This document shows, one piece after another, positions 24,146 through 28,292 of a stretch of DNA of 28,292 nucleotides. The notes under the pieces are model-generated. The model was not told where the DNA came from and did no database searches. It saw only the letters and a program-made list of their open reading frames with translations. The stretch is from IMG/VR virus record IMGVR_UViG_3300017913_000624, positions 1-28,292 of that record; one strand, given 5' to 3'. Numbering within the stretch: position 1 is the first letter of the stretch; each line of letters starts with the position of its first letter. The position numbers and the translations under genes are program-made. The DNA comes from a virus (Duplodnaviria > Caudoviricetes).

Positions 24146-27100
24146 ATGGCTGTAGAGCTTGACCAAAAAATTGAACAGACCATAGGCGCTGAACAACAGC
24201 ATGAGATGCAGTTTGGTCAAGAGGCTGAGGTCACACCTCAAGAGCTAACCCCAGATAGCATTGTTGGCGCTATTGAAGAGGGCATGGACAATGCCGCTGT
24301 ATCTGTTGACCACCCGGACGCGTTTCAAGTTGCCGGCGGCAGAACAGACTTAATTGTTGACTATCTAAAAAAGCGCACACAGGAAGCTCAGGTCAGGACT
24401 GGTCAAGCTATACCTGATGAGCCGGTGCAGACTATTGGTGGCCGTATTGTTATCAAAGAAGGCACTCCAGATGATGTTGCCGCTATCAACAATGCTATGG
24501 GTGGTGAGTATGTAAAGGGCATCAACTTCCCGGCTATCGCTGAGGCAATGGGTGACTTTGACCTAGCCAACTATTACGCACAGCTAAAAGATGCTAATGC
24601 TGAGCTATTTGAAAAAGCAAGGCGTGGCACTGTTGGTTTTGACGCTATCATGCAAGGTGCTGAGGAGCGCGGCATAGACAACATTGTTGTGTCTATGCTC
24701 AAGCGCAGACCCGGAACGCCGGCTACAGCGGAAGAGGTGCTTGGCGGTATCATCGGCTCATATCACTTAATTGATGAGACTGACAAAGCTTTTACAGCGG
24801 CACGCGCTTTACCAGCCGGCGCTGACCGCGAAGCGGCTATGACCAGAGCTATGCAGTTACTGTCAGCTCAAGGCGTACTTATAGCTAACGTCAGCGGCGC
24901 GGCATCAGAGGCCGGTCGCGTTATGTTTACTGTTGGTCAGGCAGGTAAGAAGATACAGGCAGGAGACCTTGCCGGCAGAGCCGCAAGAATTGAGAGCTTG
25001 TTTGCCGCTGAGAATGTAGACGATATTGAGTACATTGCAGACCTATATATGGCGCTTCCAGATCCACGCGCAAAGGCTAAGTTTGTTGAACAGGGCTTTA
25101 TGTCTAAAAGCATGGATGTTGTCACAGAGGTGTGGATTAACTCCATCCTGTCATCACCAGTAACGCACGCTGTAAACATTGCAGGTAACGCCAGCTTCAT
25201 GATGCTACGCACAGCGGAGACAGCGCTGGCTGGGGGCATTGGTAGGTTGCGCACAAGTGTTGGCATAGGCCAGAAACAACGCGCTAGAAGCCGTGAGGCG
25301 CTGGCTCAGCTAGAAGGTATGCGGCGTGGATTGCTAGACGCGACATTGTTGATGGGCAGGGTTATGGTTACCGAAATGCCCGGCGACATGGCATCTAAGA
25401 TTGATGTGCGCAATACTAGGGCTATAGGCACTACAGGTGACCTGCGTGATATAGCTACCATGGTCAGAGATGGCAACATGACAGCGGCGGCAGTCAACGC
25501 CTTTGGTGTGTCTCAGCGTATGGCCGGGCGTTTCTTGATGGCTGAGGATGAGTTTTTCAAAGCTATAGCCTACAGGATGACTGTACATCAGGAAGCTATC
25601 GTTGCATCTGGCAATGCCTATGATGAAGCTATTGCTGGCGGTAAAAGCATACAAGAAGCTAAGCAGATTGCGGCTGAGCTAGAAGTTAGCATTATTGACA
25701 ACCCACCGCTGGACATTGTCAAAACCGCTAAGGATGCGGCCAAGCAGATGACCTTCCAAGAAGACCTGACTGGCGTGATGGGTAACCTACAAGGCGCGGC
25801 ATCTCATCCTATAGCCAAACTGTTTATCCCATTCTTTAAGACACCTACAAACGTCATCAAAGCTTCGCTTGAACGCACGCCTCTAGCTGTCATCTCTCCT
25901 GAGATACGCGCACAGATTAAGGCTGGCGGCAGAGAGGCTGACATTGCGCTGTCTAAAATTGCTATGGGTTCTGCCGTTATGACTGGATTTGCTTATTCAG
26001 CCATGGGGATTGATGACCCGGATAATGACATACTCATTATGGGTGCAGGGCCAAAGGATTACAAAGCTCAGCAAGCGCTATCCAGAAAAGGCATACAGCC
26101 CTATTCTATCAACAAGAAGATATACACTGAGGACGGCAAGTGGACTGGCAGGTATCACTCAGTAACCTACAGCCGGTTTGACCCTATGTCTGGGCTGTTG
26201 GCTATGGCCGCTGACTTTGCGTACTATTCACAGTATGAGGATGACACAGAGGCGCTAGACACCTTAGCCATAGCGCTTGGCTCATCTGCCGCAAACTATG
26301 TGACGCAAATGCCATTCCTGCAAGGTGTTCAGGAAATGACCAAGGTGTTCAGAGACCCGGCGAAGCTAACTGAAAACGCAACCGCCCTGTTCTCTCAGAA
26401 GCTTGCTGAGGCTGGTCTAGCGCTTGTACCTACCAGCTCATCATTCTTTGCCAATGTAGAGCGTATCGGGGAAGCAGGTGAAGGTGCGGCTGGCCCAGTA
26501 GTAGGCTCAACACTATTGCCTGAGACTGGTGAGATTAGTGTTGGCGTTGGCGGTGTTAAACTGAGCTTTGGTGAAGACATTGACCCGGCAACACTGCCTA
26601 CCTACCAGCAAGGTTTCTACACAGCTTTGCAAAAGTTTCGGGCGCGCAATCCATTCTTTAGTGACATGGTAGAGCCTAAGCTAAACCTATGGGGCGAGAA
26701 GATGACCGCCGGCGGTGGTTCTGGCTGGGAGATGGTAAACCCTGTGCGCATCCAAGAGAGTAAGTATTCACCTGTCGATGACGAAATACTCAGATTGGGT
26801 GGTGGCATTGCTATGCCGGGTAAGCGTGTTGATGGTGTTTTGTTAAATGCTGTGCAGTATAACAAGTGGATCACCTATATGAACACTATGGATATGAGCG
26901 GCAACTTCCCTACTCTTATCAATGATAAGGGCGAAGAGGTGGACAACCCGGACTATGACGGCACTGAGACATTGTTAAACGCACTGGCTTATCACATAGG
27001 TTCAAGTGAGCGGTACAAGTCTTTGCCTACTAAAGAAGACCAGCGCGATGACCTAGTGGCTATCATAGGCCAGTATAGGTCAGCGGCGTTGAAGATATTG

Positions 27101-27148
27101 CGTGATGAAGACATATCTCTGGACACAAAAATAAGAGCGGTTCAATAA
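24146..27148 (+). CDS. Large internal virion (ejection) protein
   Basis: 1000 aa, helical; NSILSSP.TH..N, DEFFK, TFQEDL, PFFKTPTN, YSRFDP motifs typical of podophage large ejection proteins. Confidence 0.75.
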   Translation: MAVELDQKIEQTIGAEQQHEMQFGQEAEVTPQELTPDSIVGAIEEGMDNAAVSVDHPDAFQVAGGRTDLIVDYLKKRTQEAQVRTGQAIPDEPVQTIGGRIVIKEGTPDDVAAINNAMGGEYVKGINFPAIAEAMGDFDLANYYAQLKDANAELFEKARRGTVGFDAIMQGAEERGIDNIVVSMLKRRPGTPATAEEVLGGIIGSYHLIDETDKAFTAARALPAGADREAAMTRAMQLLSAQGVLIANVSGAASEAGRVMFTVGQAGKKIQAGDLAGRAARIESLFAAENVDDIEYIADLYMALPDPRAKAKFVEQGFMSKSMDVVTEVWINSILSSPVTHAVNIAGNASFMMLRTAETALAGGIGRLRTSVGIGQKQRARSREALAQLEGMRRGLLDATLLMGRVMVTEMPGDMASKIDVRNTRAIGTTGDLRDIATMVRDGNMTAAAVNAFGVSQRMAGRFLMAEDEFFKAIAYRMTVHQEAIVASGNAYDEAIAGGKSIQEAKQIAAELEVSIIDNPPLDIVKTAKDAAKQMTFQEDLTGVMGNLQGAASHPIAKLFIPFFKTPTNVIKASLERTPLAVISPEIRAQIKAGGREADIALSKIAMGSAVMTGFAYSAMGIDDPDNDILIMGAGPKDYKAQQALSRKGIQPYSINKKIYTEDGKWTGRYHSVTYSRFDPMSGLLAMAADFAYYSQYEDDTEALDTLAIALGSSAANYVTQMPFLQGVQEMTKVFRDPAKLTENATALFSQKLAEAGLALVPTSSSFFANVERIGEAGEGAAGPVVGSTLLPETGEISVGVGGVKLSFGEDIDPATLPTYQQGFYTALQKFRARNPFFSDMVEPKLNLWGEKMTAGGGSGWEMVNPVRIQESKYSPVDDEILRLGGGIAMPGKRVDGVLLNAVQYNKWITYMNTMDMSGNFPTLINDKGEEVDNPDYDGTETLLNALAYHIGSSERYKSLPTKEDQRDDLVAIIGQYRSAALKILRDEDISLDTKIRAVQ

Positions 27149-27169
27149 TGAGAAAAAATCATGTATAGT
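27141..27169 (+). promoter_or_regulatory. Candidate promoter for the tail fibre module
   Basis: TTCAAT-N17-TATAGT in an AT-rich gap before TAAGGAG RBS. Confidence 0.35.
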
Positions 27170-27186
27170 GATTTTAAGGAGTAGCC

Positions 27187-28221
27187 ATGGCTGACTATGA
27201 TATCAATGCAGTGACGCGCCGTAAGGTGTTCAGCGGTTCAGCCGGGACTGGGCCGTACAGCTTTACGTTTGAGGTTTTAGACCAGAATGATGTGGCGGTT
27301 TATAAGAACGCTACAAAGCTGACTTTGACCACAGACTATACTGTGACGGTAAATGCTAACGGCACTGGTGATGTGGATCTGGTGGTTGCCGCAACAAGCT
27401 CTGACACTGTTACCATTATCGGGGCGCGTGATATTGAGCGCACCACAGACTTTGTTACTGCCGGTGACCTGCGTGCGTCTGCATTGAATGAGCAACTAGA
27501 CGGCCAGATAATTATGACCCAGCAAATTGCTGAGGAAAACAAGCGCCAGCTCATTGCACCTGTTCAAGACCCAGAGCATGTTGATGATGGCGGTACGCTA
27601 GATATGTCATTGCCGGCTAAGGATGACCGGGCTGGCAAGTATCTTGCCTTTAACGCTACGACTGGTAACCCGGAAGCAGGGCCATCAACATCTAATGTAA
27701 ACACCCTAGCGGCTATCACCGATGATATAAAAACGCTGGCAGAGATTGAAGATGGCACTGTGGCAACGGATGCTATATCTGACCTTGCCGCTATTGATAG
27801 TGATGTCACAACAGTTGCAGGGATTGCCTCTAATGTTACTACAGTTGCTGGTATATCTTCTGATGTAACGGCTGTGGCTGGTGATGCTACTGACATTGGC
27901 ACAGTTTCTAGCAACATTGCAAATGTGAACACTGTAGCCGGGATTGATAGCAATGTTACTACAGTAGCTGGCATATCAGCTAATGTGACTACAGTGGCTG
28001 GTATTCAAGCCAATGTAACTACAGTGGCTGGTATTTCTGGTAATGTAACTACAGTTGCAGGATTAAACACTGAAATCACTACAGTTGCTGGCGACAGTGC
28101 AGACATTCAAACGGTAGCTGGTGACAGCGCAGATATTCAACTCTTGGCAGACAACATAGCAACCATTTCAGCAAAGGAGAATGTGGGCGTTGCAGTGGCA
28201 ATGGCAATCGCATTAGGATAA
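27187..28221 (+). CDS. Tail fibre protein (T7 gp17-like N-terminal anchor plus repeat shaft)
   Basis: GPYSFTFEV..DVAVY..LTTDYTV..RTTDF..GDLRASALNEQLD; xNVTTVAGI repeats; ends AMAIALG. Confidence 0.85.
   Translation: MADYDINAVTRRKVFSGSAGTGPYSFTFEVLDQNDVAVYKNATKLTLTTDYTVTVNANGTGDVDLVVAATSSDTVTIIGARDIERTTDFVTAGDLRASALNEQLDGQIIMTQQIAEENKRQLIAPVQDPEHVDDGGTLDMSLPAKDDRAGKYLAFNATTGNPEAGPSTSNVNTLAAITDDIKTLAEIEDGTVATDAISDLAAIDSDVTTVAGIASNVTTVAGISSDVTAVAGDATDIGTVSSNIANVNTVAGIDSNVTTVAGISANVTTVAGIQANVTTVAGISGNVTTVAGLNTEITTVAGDSADIQTVAGDSADIQLLADNIATISAKENVGVAVAMAIALG
27790..28140 (+). repeat. Degenerate 30-bp (10-aa) tandem repeats in fibre shaft
   Basis: aatgt(t/g/a)actacagt(t/a/g)gc(t/a)gg units recurring every 30 nt. 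Confidence 0.85.
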
Positions 28222-28222
28222 C

Positions 28223-28292
28223 ATGGCTAATAGTTTCAAACTAAAAACATTCGATGGCAGTAGCACAAATGCCGCTACAGATATGACAATAT
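28223..28292 (+). CDS. Fibre-associated small protein, N-terminus (truncated by window edge)
   Basis: ATG 1 nt after the fibre stop; MANSFKLKTFDGSSTNAATDMTI, open to the edge. Confidence 0.7.
   Translation, partial: MANSFKLKTFDGSSTNAATDMTI

Noticed and set aside
27790-28140. 30-bp periodic repeats as a CRISPR array or DGR repeat
   Set aside because: In-frame coding repeats varying mainly at wobble positions; no spacers, cas or reverse transcriptase gene in the window

Overview
About 28 kb of a tailed dsDNA phage genome with podovirus architecture (portal, scaffold, capsid, adaptor, nozzle and ejection proteins in an HTVC010P/BPP-1-like order). The host is most likely a marine alphaproteobacterium (inference). 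In order: holin and M15 endolysin (+); a leftward early operon (small ORFs, serine recombinase, HNH, YqaJ exonuclease, LexA-like HTH); a divergent control region with a perfect CtrA box; a rightward replication block (RHH protein, Holliday junction resolvase, SSB-like protein, TOPRIM-AAA primase-helicase, dyad-rich putative origin, wHTH initiator-like protein); then TerS/TerL, a cluster of tiny basic proteins, head and tail genes, four internal virion proteins and a tail fibre. No DNA or RNA polymerase, RNA gene or CRISPR array was seen. Strongest leads: (1) an ejection-module protein with an intact-looking HhH-GPD glycosylase/AP-lyase-like domain, overlapped by a small acidic partner gene, a candidate virion-delivered effector/inhibitor pair; (2) a CtrA box at the early switch plus near-total GANTC loss; (3) avoidance of CCWGG, GCWGC and GGWCC; (4) early genes bracketed by duplicated RBS/stop-start junctions on both sides of the serine recombinase; (5) a structured capsid mRNA leader with a repeated 1x4 internal loop. 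Family assignments come from motif recognition and motif counts from manual reading; no searches were run.
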